From: Chara braunii
Taxonomy: Eukaryota > Plantae > Charophyceae
DNA: 54,063 nt
NCBI GenBank assembly: GCA_003427395.1
Contig: BFEA01000030.1
Location: 2,960,860 to 3,014,922 of the forward strand
Reading direction: 5' to 3'
The position numbers and the translations under genes were made by a program. Under the pieces are notes generated by a model. The model saw nothing but the letters and a program-made list of their open reading frames with translations, was not told where the DNA came from and searched no databases. Positions 37,371 through 49,572 of the stretch are shown here, piece by piece; the stretch's first letter is position 1, and every line of letters begins with the position of its first letter.

Positions 37371-37400
37371 AACAACGACGACGACGACGACTGTGATCTT
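37115..37400. repeat. (AAC)/(GAC) trinucleotide low-complexity tract
   Basis: Direct reading. Confidence 0.9.
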
Positions 37401-39899
37401 CGTGATGATGGCGACGATATACGCATCCAAGTCATTCAGGTCGTCGCCACTGATAACGACGACCATTTTGCAGGCTGTGAAGTCAACATTCATAACAGCG
37501 ATTCGGATGGGACTGGTCGCTGGGTGCAGCAGGCTCCCCTCACAATTTTTGTCATATTCAGTGGAGGTTGGCCTTTTGGGGAGGGGATCACTTTCTGCAT
37601 GTTTATGAGCTGTTCGTGCCAGCGAGATAGCATTGTGCTTCTTCAGTAGGATCCGGGTGGGAGGGTCGCAGGGTAGGACAGAGGCCTTGGGGAGGCCCCT
37701 CATTTACCCATTTGTGCTATCTAGAGAGGGGCGCTATAATTGGCATATCATCTGACTCGACTGCCTTCTCTGCTTTAGCATCTCAAGAGCTATCCAGGGT
37801 AGGTAATGACTTTGTAATGATTTTGGGATCCGCTAGAATTTACTTTCTAACTTTTGAACTTCCTATTCTGAATGCCTCTCCTCCTCATGGCGCTGCAAGG
37901 GTTTGTTGGCAGCCGATCAGGGTTTCAGAGTAGGGATCTGATTTGGACTACGATGGGCAGTTAATCCCCTTGATTGAGGGCAATCAATGCTGCTCATCAG
38001 TCAATGGAGTGTGCCTATGTGTCGCTTTAGGTGACCACTCATGTTTATATTAGTACAATGGACATATGGCATGCCAACATGAGCCCAGTTTGTTTACAGA
38101 CTACTCAATTCTAAATGTTAAGGGACATATGGGCGCAGCGCTAGTACCGGGAGCGTTGCGCCCCATCTGGGCTGAGGCAACGGTGAGCAGAGGCGCGATG
38201 GGGTGAAAGCCTCGTGAGCGCGACAGCTTAGTCGAGGGTGGCGATGGCGCGTTGTATGTGGTGGATGCCATGAGGGGGAAGGGAGGGACAGTGTATGGTG
38301 GGGAGGACGGTGGGATGTTGGGGTTATATTGGAAAGAAGAGAGAGCAAGTATATCAATGAGTGTCCTCGGTTTTCTCTTCTCCTATCTCTGCCTCTATCT
38401 CTCTGTCTCTTGCTTCGTCTGACCCAGCTATCTGAACATCGTTGTTCATAGATTGAATTCTCTATGAGGCCGCGTTGACAGGCTTGACGTGGTCCTTCAC
38501 AACACAATCGCCCTCAAGAAGTTTTAGAGAGGCGGCGGTGTCCTAGTAATCTCTTCTGGCCAGTGCATTTCACCAAAGGGTTGCACTAGCACTGACTATG
38601 GGGAGGAGAAGGTGCTTCTCTCGCAGGAAGAGGAAGGGGATGAGTTTGGTCAGGATAGCGGTCCGGCAGCTGGATCAGGGGATAGTGGGAGGGGAACGTC
38701 TCGTAGTGTTTTGCAGGGTTTGGTGACTTCACGCGTTTCAAGGCATCTTCACGAGGCGATGGAGCTTGGCTTTCAGCAACTTGTCGAAGTCGCCATCCTA
38801 AGTGCTGCTCAAAAGTACTGCTCAAAATTCTCATAGTTTCTCAGAGCTTCATGTCTCAATAACCTCTAATAGTGTTTTTTTATTTAGTTGTTTCATGATA
38901 GTCGGCTTGACTTTGTACTTCTTGTTCGTCTTAAGTAATTCTAGATATTCATTCAAATAATGACGATCTGATTCAGTGTTTTCTATTTGGTGGTTCCATC
39001 TGATAACATAGTTTCTTGAAAACAATTTCTTACTAAAACGTGTCATACGTCTCTACTAAACGATTCTCAAACGATTCTCAAACCGTGGTTTGAGAATCTG
39101 ATTCGAAAATCCTTTATGGATATCTAAACCTAAATTTCATATAAATTCTCGTGAATTTTGCCATCTAGTAGCTTTCTTTAATCATTGATCTTACCTATGG
39201 TCTGGTTTTGTTTTCTTGACTTCTGATAGATTTTGCAAATTCGTTTCTGATCTCCGATGCCTAAAATTAGGCTTCTGAAGTATTTTTCAAAAAAAAAAAC
39301 CTATGTCTGCAAATCTCAATACCGTGCGGTAAATTTTGATTCGGATTGGTTTTTTCTAATCTCAACCTCCTAGTCTTGAGTGGTATAATTGTGGTTTGCT
39401 GTGTATATCTATGGGGTCTTCCTTAAGGGTTGGAGCCTCCCCCCGTGAGGGTTTCACAAGGTGGGAGGTGTTATTATTGGAGGGGGGAGGCGGTATTGGG
39501 GGATTGTCGTCTCTTAGCCAGACTGATTTAGGGTCGGATCAGTACTGGCGGTTGGGAAGAGAAGGCAAGGGGGTGGCTGCTTATAGCAGAGTGTTAGGAT
39601 TTTGTTTTTTGAGGGAAGGAGTGACTTCAATGAGTACACAGTGAGCCGAAGAGGGGAGAAGCTAGAATTGAAGGAAGGAAGGCAGCAAGGGGATTTTCAA
39701 CACAAAAAAGTTGTTTGTTAGGGTAAGTAGGTTAGAAGGACGAGGCTGGGACGACACAGGCCGGTGCTGGAGCCTCTGCTCTGTAACCCAAGGGGAACTT
39801 GAGGCCTGTGAAGCTATGCCGAGGGTGGAAGGCATAACCAGATCGTCCGACGTAGTTGGCGCCGGGGTATTGACCCTGTAACCTGCTTAAGGGCTCGCC

Positions 39900-42289
39900 G
39901 CTATGGGAATTGTCGAGGGAGGAAGGCACTTCCTGTCCGTCAGAGCTAGGTTGATCGGTATTGGGGAGGGTTGTGGTGCCTTGTTACCTTAGCAGAAGGG
40001 GGTATGAGATCAAGCGAGTTCTGGTACGAGGACTGAAAGTCTGGACCGACGCCCCATCTGTTGGAAGGGGGAATCTAGGATAGTAGGCAGTTTTAGTCTC
40101 GCCCCCCCCGCTCTTATGTTTTTCTAAAGCTTTTCGAATGTTCCAAAAAGAGTTGGGTACCTAGTGGTCCTAGGAATGTTTTTTAGGACTCTGGGATCCC
40201 TACTAACTTTTCTTAGGTGACTTCAATGTTGTTATACTTAGTGATCTGCGGCTGTTCGATGCCAAAACGACGCTGACCGGTGCTGGGGTGGTGCCCTGTA
40301 ACCTGTGATGCAGGAGCGTGAGGTCTGGTAGAGAGATCTGGGGAAGTCTTGGGGTGGGCTTTCCACGGAACAACCAAGGGTTGCTGTCGGGACGACACTG
40401 GTCGGAGCTGGGGTGAGTTGCGTTGCCCTGTAACCCAGCAGAAAGTGGGGATGTGAGACCTAGAAGAGATCGGCAGGGAGTAGGACAGTTTTGGAGAACG
40501 TTGGAAGGGTTGGTGTGGGATTCAAGATTTTTGGAACAATTGTAGGACCTCTTTTTTTTTTTTTTTTNNNNNNNNNNNNNNNNNNNNNNNNNNNNNNNNN
40601 NNNNNNNNNNNNNNNNNNNNNNNNNNNCCTACTTGATAGATGGCTCCATTCCATTGGTGGGGAGCTGCACCTGCTGGAAATCGGGTCCAACATCCCTCAC
40701 ATCATAATGACTTGAAGAGACAAGGAACAACAAGTGCTGGGAACCGGGCCCAGCGTCCCATCTAAACAGGTATGAGAATAGAAAAGGAAAAGATAAGAGA
40801 ATTTTGTTCCTGTGCCTCTTCACCCTGAACGGGCGCCAGATATGCATGTCTAACTAGCGCTTCCAAACTTCCAAGTCACTCCCTGCAGGGAACCTGGCCC
40901 AGCTTGCCATGTTCAGGCAACACATCTGCGTATACTCAACCATTCCATCGTACAAAAACCAGAGGGTGATATAGACTATGAGCAGAGAGGATAGACTCCT
41001 GGTATGAGTACTTATTCAGGGTCAGGCGTATACCACGACCTGGGAACCATTGACAGACTTGCAGGAGGGAAAGGATCCGGAAACTCTGATAATGGTCTCA
41101 TTAGGATCATGGGGTCAACATTGCTCCAGTTATTGAAGATCAGGCGGTAATTTCTTGGAAGCACATCCTGATCACTGTCTTGTCTTCCTTCCCATTTCAC
41201 CTGCCCCAACCTTCCTCCTTGGTCCCCTCCAAGCCAGTTTTGATTAAATGTTTGGATGTGAAGCTTAATATCCTTTTCTGAATTAAGGAATTTGAGTTTC
41301 TCTTTTAAGGATTCCCATCTGGTAATAATTTCTACTTGAATTTGTTGTTTGATGGTTTCTGTAAATTCCGGACCATCAAGACGAGCACCTTCCATTTCGT
41401 AAGTACACCTGCGCGTCCATAATGCCCAAATGACTGCCCTTCTTCCTATTATGAATAGATTAGGTACCTCAAAAAGAGAATAAGGTTTAGTAGGAGAAGA
41501 TGGTGGGTTATCACGCGTCCTACCAGTGAGGGGGCTAGCTGGTAGGATGGGAGCATGGCATAGCAGCAGCAGAGATGGTGGCTCCGCCGCAGTCAGTCTT
41601 GCCGGAGTGAGGTAAAGTGGATTGATGGGGGTTCTTCTGAGTCGCTTCTGAATTTTGCTTAATCATGAAGTTGTCAAAAAGAAAAAGGTAAGAGTTCTTA
41701 GGTACCTCAAATAGAGAATAAGGTGAGTGGGAGAAGATGGTGGGTTATCACGCGTCCTACCAGTGAGGGCACTAGCTGGTAGGATGGGAGTATGGTATAG
41801 CAGCAACAGAGATGGTGGCTCCGCTGCAGTCAGTCTTGCCGGAGTGAGGTAAAGTGGATTGATGGGGGCCCATCTGAGTCGTTTCTGAATTTTGCTTAAT
41901 CATGAAGTTGTCGTAAACATGTTTGAAGTAGCTCCAATTTCTCTGAGCCAAAGCTGGGTAATGCCCCCGGTATCTCAATTTTCAAAATTTCATTCTTAGG
42001 CTAATTGGATTTTTCTAGTAGGTTCCTAGTCTCATTTTCATGAAATGTTCTGATGAGTTTTCTGAACGTACTCGTTATGGGACGCTGGGCCCGGTTCCCA
42101 GTTCGTGCCAATTTGTGAGGATATGGTTGTATCTATGGGATGCTGGACCCGGTTTCCAGCAGGTNNNNNNNNNNNNNNNNNNNNNNNNNNNNNNNNNNNN
42201 NNNNNNNNNNNNNNNNNNNNNNNNNNNNNNNNNNNNNNNNNNNNNNNNNNNNNNNNNNNNNNNNNNNNNNNNNNNNNNNNNNNNNNNNN

Positions 42290-42328
<39 letters not shown>

Positions 42329-42330
42329 AA
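39900..42330 (+). mobile_element. Long non-coding LINE 3' UTR/retroposon, copy 1, interrupted by an inverted L1
   Basis: 39900-40450 matches 42930-43470; 41460-42165 matches 43540-44265; ends in the core and poly(A). Confidence 0.7.
40552..41460 (-). mobile_element. 5'-truncated L1 (ORF2 C-terminus, 3' UTR, core, poly(A))
   Basis: RRAVIWALWTRRC leading into ORF 41012-41395; core at 40643-40696; T-run at 40552-40567. Confidence 0.75.
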
Positions 42331-42338
42331 GAAAGTAC

Positions 42339-42400
42339 GTGCTAGCCCAGTGGGTAGACCTCCAAAGTTGCAATGGGGAGGTCGCAGGTTCAATTCTGTC
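42339..42400 (+). other. tRNA-like head (probable SINE)
   Basis: A-box TAGCCCAGTGG at 42343-42353 and B-box GGTTCAATTCT at 42387-42397 with tRNA-like spacing; no acceptor stem. Confidence 0.5.
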
Positions 42401-42929
42401 GGTCCTCAGTCTTCCCCGCGAACGATTGGTTGTTGCTAGTTTGGCAACCCTGGCAACTCGCGTAAGTGTCCTCCAGTCTAGAACAGTGCATAAACAGACC
42501 AGGTGTTACAGTAGCTCAGTAGGTCGATACCCGACCTCTATAACAACCTGGGCTTTATAAAAGAAGGGGGGGGGAAAAAACAAAAAAAAACCAGCCATCT
42601 CGTCAAGGTTGCGGGTTCAAATCTGCTTGGGCTGGGTTGAGCATATTCCACGGCTATAGTGGGGATGGATGTAGGATTAGGGCTCTGGTTTGGGGGCGCA
42701 AGATCCTAGGTGGGGTGATGAGGTCCTGCTTGGGGGAGTGGGCTGGTTGGGACCAGCACTACTGGAGGATACCAGGGGGGAAACTACAGTAGGGGTTGTC
42801 TTAGGGATTCCAGTAGGAGGGGTGTTAGTAGACAGGCTCCAGTGGAGGAGATTGATGGGAAACCTGCAGTAGGGCCTGTCTGAGGGGGATCCTCCAAGAT
42901 AGGATTGTCTGCATCCCGTCCTAATACGG

Positions 42930-44320
42930 GATTTGTCGAGGGAGGAAGGCACTTCCTGTCCGTCAGAACCAGGTTGATCGGTACTGGGGAGGGTTGTGGT
43001 GCCCTGTCACCCTAGCAGAAGGGGGTAGGAGATCAAGTGAGTTCTGGTACGAGGTCTGAAAGCCTGGATCGACGCTCCATCTGTTGGAAGGCGGAATTTA
43101 GGATAGTAGACAGTTTTAGTTTTCCCCCCCCGTTCATATATTCTTTAAAAATACCTTTTGAATATCCTAAAGAGAATTGGGTGCTTAGTGGTCCTAGGAT
43201 GTTTATTAGGACTTAGGGATCCCTACCAACTTTTCTGACGTGGTGTCATTGATGTTATACTCGAGACCTGCTGTTGTTCGATGCCAGAACGACGCTGACC
43301 GGAGCTGGGTGTTGCCCTGTAACCTGCGATGCAGGAGCGTGAGGTCTGGTAGAGAGATCTGGGGAGGTCTTGGGGGGGCTTTCCATGGGACAATCGAGGG
43401 TTGCTGCCGGGACGACGCTGGTCGGAGCTGGGGTGAGTTGCGTTGCCCTGTAACCAAGCAGAAAGAGGGGGTGTGAGTGGAATCATCATAGGACCTCTGT
43501 GGCCTATTCTCTTCTTTCTGGAACGACGGTAAGAGTTAATAAGGTGCGTGGGAAAAGATGGTGGGTTATCACGCGTCCTACCAGTGAGGGGGCTAGCTGG
43601 TAAGATGGAGTATGGCATAGCAGCAGTAGAGATGGTGGCTCCGCTGCAGTCAGTCTTGCTGGAGTGAGGTAAAGCGGATCGATGGGGTTTCTTTTGTGTC
43701 GTTCTGAATTTCTGTTTAATCATGAAGCTGTCATAGACATGTGCGAAGTAGTTCCAACTGTTCTGAGTTCAAGCCGGGTAATGGCCCCGGTACCTCAATC
43801 TTCCAAATTCCATCAGTAGGCTAATTAGAATTCCAAAAAGAAGAGAATAAGAAGAGTGGGAGAAGATGGTGGGTTATCACGCGTCCTACCAGTGAGGGGT
43901 CTAGCTGGTAGAACGGGAGTAGGGTACAGCAGAAGCAGAGATGGTGGCTCCGCTGCAGTCAGTCTTGCCGGAGGGAGGTAAAGCGGATTGACGGGGGTTC
44001 TTGTTGAGTCGTCTTTGAATCATGAAGTTGTCGTTAATTCCCTGAGCCAAAGCCGGGTGAGGGGCCCGGTATCTCAAATTTCAATTTCCATTTTTAGGCC
44101 AATTGGATTTTTCTAGTAGGTTCCTAGCCTCATTCTCATGAAATTTTCTGACGAGTTTTCTGAAGGTACTCGTTATGGGACGCTGGGCCCGGTTCCCAGT
44201 TCGTGCCAACTTGTGGGGATATGGTTGTATCTATGGGACGCTGGACCCGGTTTCCAGCAGGTGTTGCTCCCCACCAATAGATGGAGCTTTGTTTAAAAAA
44301 AAAAAAACAAAAAAAAACAA
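42930..44320 (+). mobile_element. Long non-coding LINE 3' UTR/retroposon, copy 2
   Basis: Homologous to copy 1; internal ~300-bp duplication; core at 44235-44287; poly(A). Confidence 0.75.
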
Positions 44321-44348
44321 GATACTAACAGCAACCCTAGTTCATGAC

Positions 44349-44432
44349 GGAAATAATGGAACGGATGGTGGCCTAGCGGAAATAATGGAACGGATGGTGG
44401 CCTACTGGAAATAATGGAACAGATGGTGGCCA
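44349..44432. repeat. 29-bp tandem repeat, three copies
   Basis: GGAAATAATGGAACGGATGGTGGCCTA.. at 44349, 44378 and 44407. Confidence 0.9.
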
Positions 44433-44779
44433 CCCTAGTACATACTAATGACGGAGACTAAGGGCCGTTTAGAACCCTATAACAACAACAGAGGGATTTA
44501 GCTCATGACTGAGGTGAGGTAATGGATGATTGGACCATAGGCCCCACTCGTGACAGAAGCTAGGATCCCAACGGACTGGCGTCCAATCAAATAGCGTTCA
44601 CAATAACAGCATTACTACCGCATCACTAGGTAGGCAACCTGGGCTTCTCGAGGGGATGTCATGAGGTTAGACCTTGGCTAGGAGGGGCCATTAGAAACTG
44701 CCCGTGATATCTAGGCTATAGTTTGACTCATATCCCTGGGGCCCAGATCATAAACAACAATGCTGATTGGGGGACACAT

Positions 44780-45076
44780 AATCATCAAGTTGTCATAGAC
44801 ACGTCTAAAGTAGCTCCAAATTCTCCAAGCCAAAGCTGGGTAATGGCCCCGGTATCTCATGTCCCAAAATTCCATCCTGAGGCCAATTAGATTTTCTAGT
44901 AGCTCCTTGTCTCACTCTCATGAATTTTTCTGCTGAAGCTTTCTGAACGTACTCGTTATGGGACGCTGGGCCCGGTTCCCAGTTTGTGCCAATTCTGAGG
45001 ATATGGTTGTATCTATGGGACGCTGGACCCGGTTTCCAGCAGGTGCTGCTCCCCACCAATAGATGGAGCTTCTTTC

Positions 45077-45110
<34 letters not shown>
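44780..45110 (+). mobile_element. Short 5'-truncated copy 3 of the same retroposon
   Basis: Matches 41900-42165; core at 45017-45069; long poly(A). Confidence 0.8.
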
Positions 45111-45112
<2 letters not shown>

Positions 45113-45401
45113 CCCTCAGCAAAGGCCTGTAGTCGCACGTTCACACCTACCTCCCGAAGTACCCGTGCAACAGGGCTTGCACGTTGTCCGCTTCAACCAG
45201 GGCTGAGTGGTGAAGTAGGGGTCCCCCCGCTCACCCCGGGTGCCTGCAACCGCTGTCTGGTCAAGTCACCTAGCCGAGTTGGTGATGGGTGACAGTCCTG
45301 GGTGGTCCAAACTAAGGTAGGACAGAGGGGGTGGGGTCGCGCCGGGGTAACTGGTCAGAGGAAGGGTGGAGGGGGGTTACAAAAATAAAAATAAAAATAC
45401 A

Positions 45402-46600
45402 TTTTTTTTTTTTTTTTTTTTTTTTTNNNNNNNNNNNNNNNNNNNNNNNNNNNNNNNNNNNNNNNNNNNNNNNNNNNNNNNNNNNNNNNNNNNNNNNNNN
45501 NNNNNNNNNNNNNNNNNNNNNNNNNNNNNNNNNNNNNNNNNNNNNNNNNNNNNNNNNNNNNNNNNNNNNNNNNNNNNNNNNNNNNNNNNNNNNNNNNNNN
45601 NNNNNNNNNNNNNNNNNNNNNNNNNNNNNNNNNNNNNNNNNNNAAAAACAACTCCTACCTGTGATAGTGGTGCTGATAAGAGCAGACACCACTATCACCT
45701 TGGGAGAGGCTCCGTCTATTGGTGGGGAGCAGCACCTGCTGAAAAACGGGTTCAGCGTCCCTTAACAGAATGAACTTGATCCATACCAGAGTACAAATTG
45801 TTGTGTTGATCACTTGTGCCTCTTCACCCCCAACAGGGCGCCTGAAAAGACAGATCCTCCTAGCACAGTATCAACCACTTATGGAATCATTCATGACCAT
45901 ACCATGGTCTGGGAACTAAACATAGATTTGTGGAATCGTTCATGACCATACCATGATCTGGGAACTAAACATAGATTTGATGGAGGGAAAGGGTCAGGGA
46001 AGTCCGTCAGGGACCTTAGTGGACAGGCTGAGTCAACTTCAGTCCAATCATTGAATGTCAATGCCTACATGACATCCTAAGGAAGGCGCTAATATACACA
46101 GGTCTCATTAGCTGCTATTGGTACTACGAGGGTTGGAAACAGATTCTAAGTAATGTTCTGCCACACCCCATTCATGTTACCACCAGCCATTTGTTGTGAT
46201 AGTAGTTTATTTGATCAGACATGAATTTGATCTAACACCGAGCTGTCGGGTCCTCCTCCGATGAGTGAATCTTTTGGTAGATGGAAGAATACCGCAGCCT
46301 GTGTTGCTTGCCTCCGTGATAGCCTAATGAAAGAGATAGTAACCAGAGCTCTCCTGGATCGCCCTGAGAGAGTTGAGATGACTCGATCTTGGAGCCTGGT
46401 CATATCCCCTACACTTAACTTCCAGTTCACGTAGGCAAGCTGGCTTGCTTTTCCCCAAGTCCCACTCTTCCTTTACTGGATGGTGTGCCCTGTCTCTCTG
46501 CTCCCATGTAGCTGTATCCTTGAGGCAGCTTGAGTATCCATACAGGTCTGTAGGGCAACCTGTGGTGATCTGGGTTGGGCTCCCGTTGAGCAGCATTGGT
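45402..46600 (-). mobile_element. LINE 3' fragment (core at 45709-45761, hairpin variant C)
   Basis: Core, hairpin and T-run across a gap; contains a 49-bp tandem duplication at about 45882-45979; right boundary uncertain. Confidence 0.6.
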
Positions 46601-46606
46601 CCTGAT

Positions 46607-47100
46607 TTTTTTTATATTCTTTTTTAACAATTGCTCCAATCTATTCGTGGGGAGCAGCACGTGCTGGGAACCAGGCCCAGCGTCCCTTATAATTGGAATA
46701 CGTTGATGATTAATGAAAAATTTGGGATGATTCAGGAATATTTCAGGATGATTGAGATAATAAGCTAGAGATCGATGCTGATTACTCAGAATGCTTATCT
46801 ACTCAAAACTCACATACTACCCTAACCCTAATCTCAGATATCCATACTAACCAGCCAGTCTCTATCGAGTCAATACTGTATACTAACGAAGCCTCTACCC
46901 GGCCTCACACCCCAATCTAGCTAGGTTACAGGGCAGCGCCACCCACCCCAGCGCCGACCCTCGTCAGCCAGATTGTAGCCTTTGGTCAAGTATTGTAATT
47001 GCCTTCCACCCTCAGCAATCCCCAGATCTCTATCCAAGGCCTCAAGCTCCTTATGAAGGTTACAGGGCGATGCCCCAGCGCCGGCCAGCGTCATTCTGGT
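46607..47100 (-). mobile_element. LINE 3' fragment with a divergent core (46633-46686)
   Basis: Core with compensatory changes; T-rich tail at 46607-46625. Confidence 0.65.
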
Positions 47101-48986
47101 TTCTACCCAACTTGGCAAGAACACAATAAAAACTCAACTAGGAAATCACGAATCCGGCCCACTAATTTGAGAACGCTGCAATGGCAGATCATCCACAGAT
47201 GCCTGCCTACCCCAGACTAGATCACATCCAGAATGGATTTGGAAACCCAAGGAGTGTTGTCCCCACTCTGCAGCTATTGCGGTGAATCAAGGCCCCCAAA
47301 CGGAAAGCCACCCTGGAACATTGTCTCATGGACTGCCCCGTGGTGATCCAACTGTGGAGCTGGTGTGATGCGGCATGGCATTATCTCACAGGAACACATA
47401 TACCATGGGATATCAAGGTAATCCTATTGGGGGAAAAGACACCACAAATGGCCCAATGGACGCCCTTTATGACGAACCTGTTCACCACAACACGCCTGCC
47501 AATGCTTATGGCAACATGGCGAATGAGGTGTGCACACGAACGCAAACAACACACATTTGGGTATATGGAAGGATGGGCATCAATCGTGGAAACAATAATG
47601 GTTAATACACATGCGGCCTGGCGAAAGCTTCGAAACATGCTGACAAACGAACCAGATGCAGTCAAACGCAATGACCTCTCACACAACTTCCAAACGCTAT
47701 GGGTGGATAACGAACAAAGGCTCTGTGAACTGGACCCGGACAACCATCTGCGATGGAAACAGTGGCTGTTGATGGAGCCCCGATGGGGACGCCTGCCTCG
47801 AGACTATTTTGATATTCCCTTCCAACCAACTAATTTTATCCTCGTTCCAACATAACAGTCTGCATTTTCGAATCTCACGGCCCCACACACTCACTGCTCC
47901 TGCGGCCGAACCGCCCCTGCCCCGACAATGCACGAACCCCACTGGCCCGCCTCTCCCCCTGCCCCCTCCTATACTAGCCTACCACTTTCCACCTTCCACC
48001 TTCCCCCTTCCCCCCCCTCCGCCCCGATTCTGATTGCCGGCCAAGCAAGAACTCCCTCCCTCTCAAGGAACACTACGCACCAAATACGACCCCATCGATG
48101 GAGGAACAGCAAAGGGAAACAAAGGCAGCTCTAAGAAGGGGCATGGAGCATGAAGACCAGGGCCACAGAATCTGTTGTTGCAGAACAAAGAAGGAAGGAT
48201 CATACACTGGGGAGCTTACAACAGAGCCAGGACCTTTGGAGGTCAGCATCTGATGAAGGTGGGGGGTGTAGAGGGGCTGGCCACAGGAAGACGTAGCACC
48301 CCACAATGGCTTACGACAGATGAGCAGACAGCATGACATAGCTACATACTGTGATAGACTGTGATAGATAGACTGTGATAGATTATGATACACTGTGACA
48401 CACTGGGATGCTGGGACACTGGCATAACGGTCACAAGGTATAGTGGCACGGGATTAAGGGAGGGTGGCATAAGGGGGGGCGCTGGGGCTGTCGCCTCACG
48501 CCCCCACCGTACTGAACAGTCTAATACATGCATGAACCATAGGAAACATGCTCCAGTACACTCTCAACCACATCCTATACAACACATACGACTCGAGACA
48601 AGTGGCACAAGAAGGAACACCCTTAATTATACCCTACACCGCACAAACTAAAGTGCAATAGCATATATACAGTCACATATACAGACACAGACACGACAGC
48701 ATAAGGCAACGAGCAGATAAATAGTAATTGACACTCGACAGGTTACAATAACAACACCATAAGAGATAGCTCGATGAATGCACTGCATACTGACATCTTA
48801 TACTTGTACTGTTTTTGCCTCTTACATTGTACTATACTGGGACGCTGGACCCGATTTCCAGCAGGTGCTGCTGCCCACCAATAGATGGAGCCACCCTGAA
48901 GCTGCTAGTGGTGTCTGCTCCTATCAGCACCCCTAGCAGCCGCTCGGGTTGTGTTGCTTTGAAAAAAAAAAAAGAAAAAAAAAAAA
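47100..48986 (+). mobile_element. 5'-truncated L1 (zf-RVT/C-terminus, 3' UTR, core, hairpin C, poly(A))
   Basis: LQWQIIHRCLPTPD, CSYC...EHCLMDC, ATWRMRC; homologous to 32287-32950; core at 48839-48891. Confidence 0.88.
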
Positions 48987-49523
48987 GGAAATCAGCTAGA
49001 CTAGAATGTAACCTAAGAATTCGGATCTGATAATAGTGGGACCATGAGCAAACAACCAATCTGCTGATGATGCTGATGGTACTTGATGTTGATTGACCCT
49101 CCCCTGTCCACCCCTCCTCTTTTCCCCTCTTACCACCCCTCCTCTCTCTTGCTGCCTCCGCTAATCAGAACCATTCTGTTGTTGAGCGGTTCCTCACAGC
49201 CCCAGCAATAGGAAAGCCTCCCTCTACCCTACTCCCCTCAAAGAAGGCTGTTCCCCCAAAAAGCCTACCTCAAGCTAACTCTGTCCTCCTCTGCCACCAC
49301 TAGTAGATGATGTTCCGCCTTCCATCTCTCCCAGCCCCAGAGTTAGACAGTCCCCCTTGTCCGCCCTTATTCCCTATAGGCAAACACTTCCCACCTCGTG
49401 TTTCTCTTGCAAAAAAGAGCTCTCGCCACTCAATCCATCCTGCCCTCCACGTCAGCAACCTTGTGGGGAGGATTTTCATAACCTCACGTATAGAAAAAAA
49501 CAGGGAAATAAGAATAGAGAAGT

Positions 49524-49533
49524 TGATGATAAC

Positions 49534-49569
<36 letters not shown>

Positions 49570-49572
49570 AAT
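49524..49572. repeat. (GAT)n microsatellite
   Basis: Direct reading. Confidence 0.9.

Noticed and set aside
36789-37703. Long Asn/Asp-, Thr- and Val-rich ORFs
   Set aside because: Open in several frames because of the AAC/GAC microsatellite; no domain
38131-38163. GC-rich hairpin as a Helitron 3' end or terminator
   Set aside because: No CTRR terminus or U-tract at the expected distance on either strand
42050-42078. CTGATGA/CTGACGA hammerhead-like core (also near 44148 and 35799)
   Set aside because: No GAAA after a stem II and no stems I/III; at 42050 and 44148 it forms a simple hairpin
41772-43723. Antisense ORFs with repeated peptides (KTDCSGATIS, LELL.TCL)
   Set aside because: Similarity follows from DNA duplication; stops and frames are inconsistent between copies
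46817-46832. CCCTAACCCTAA telomere-like sequence
   Set aside because: Only two units
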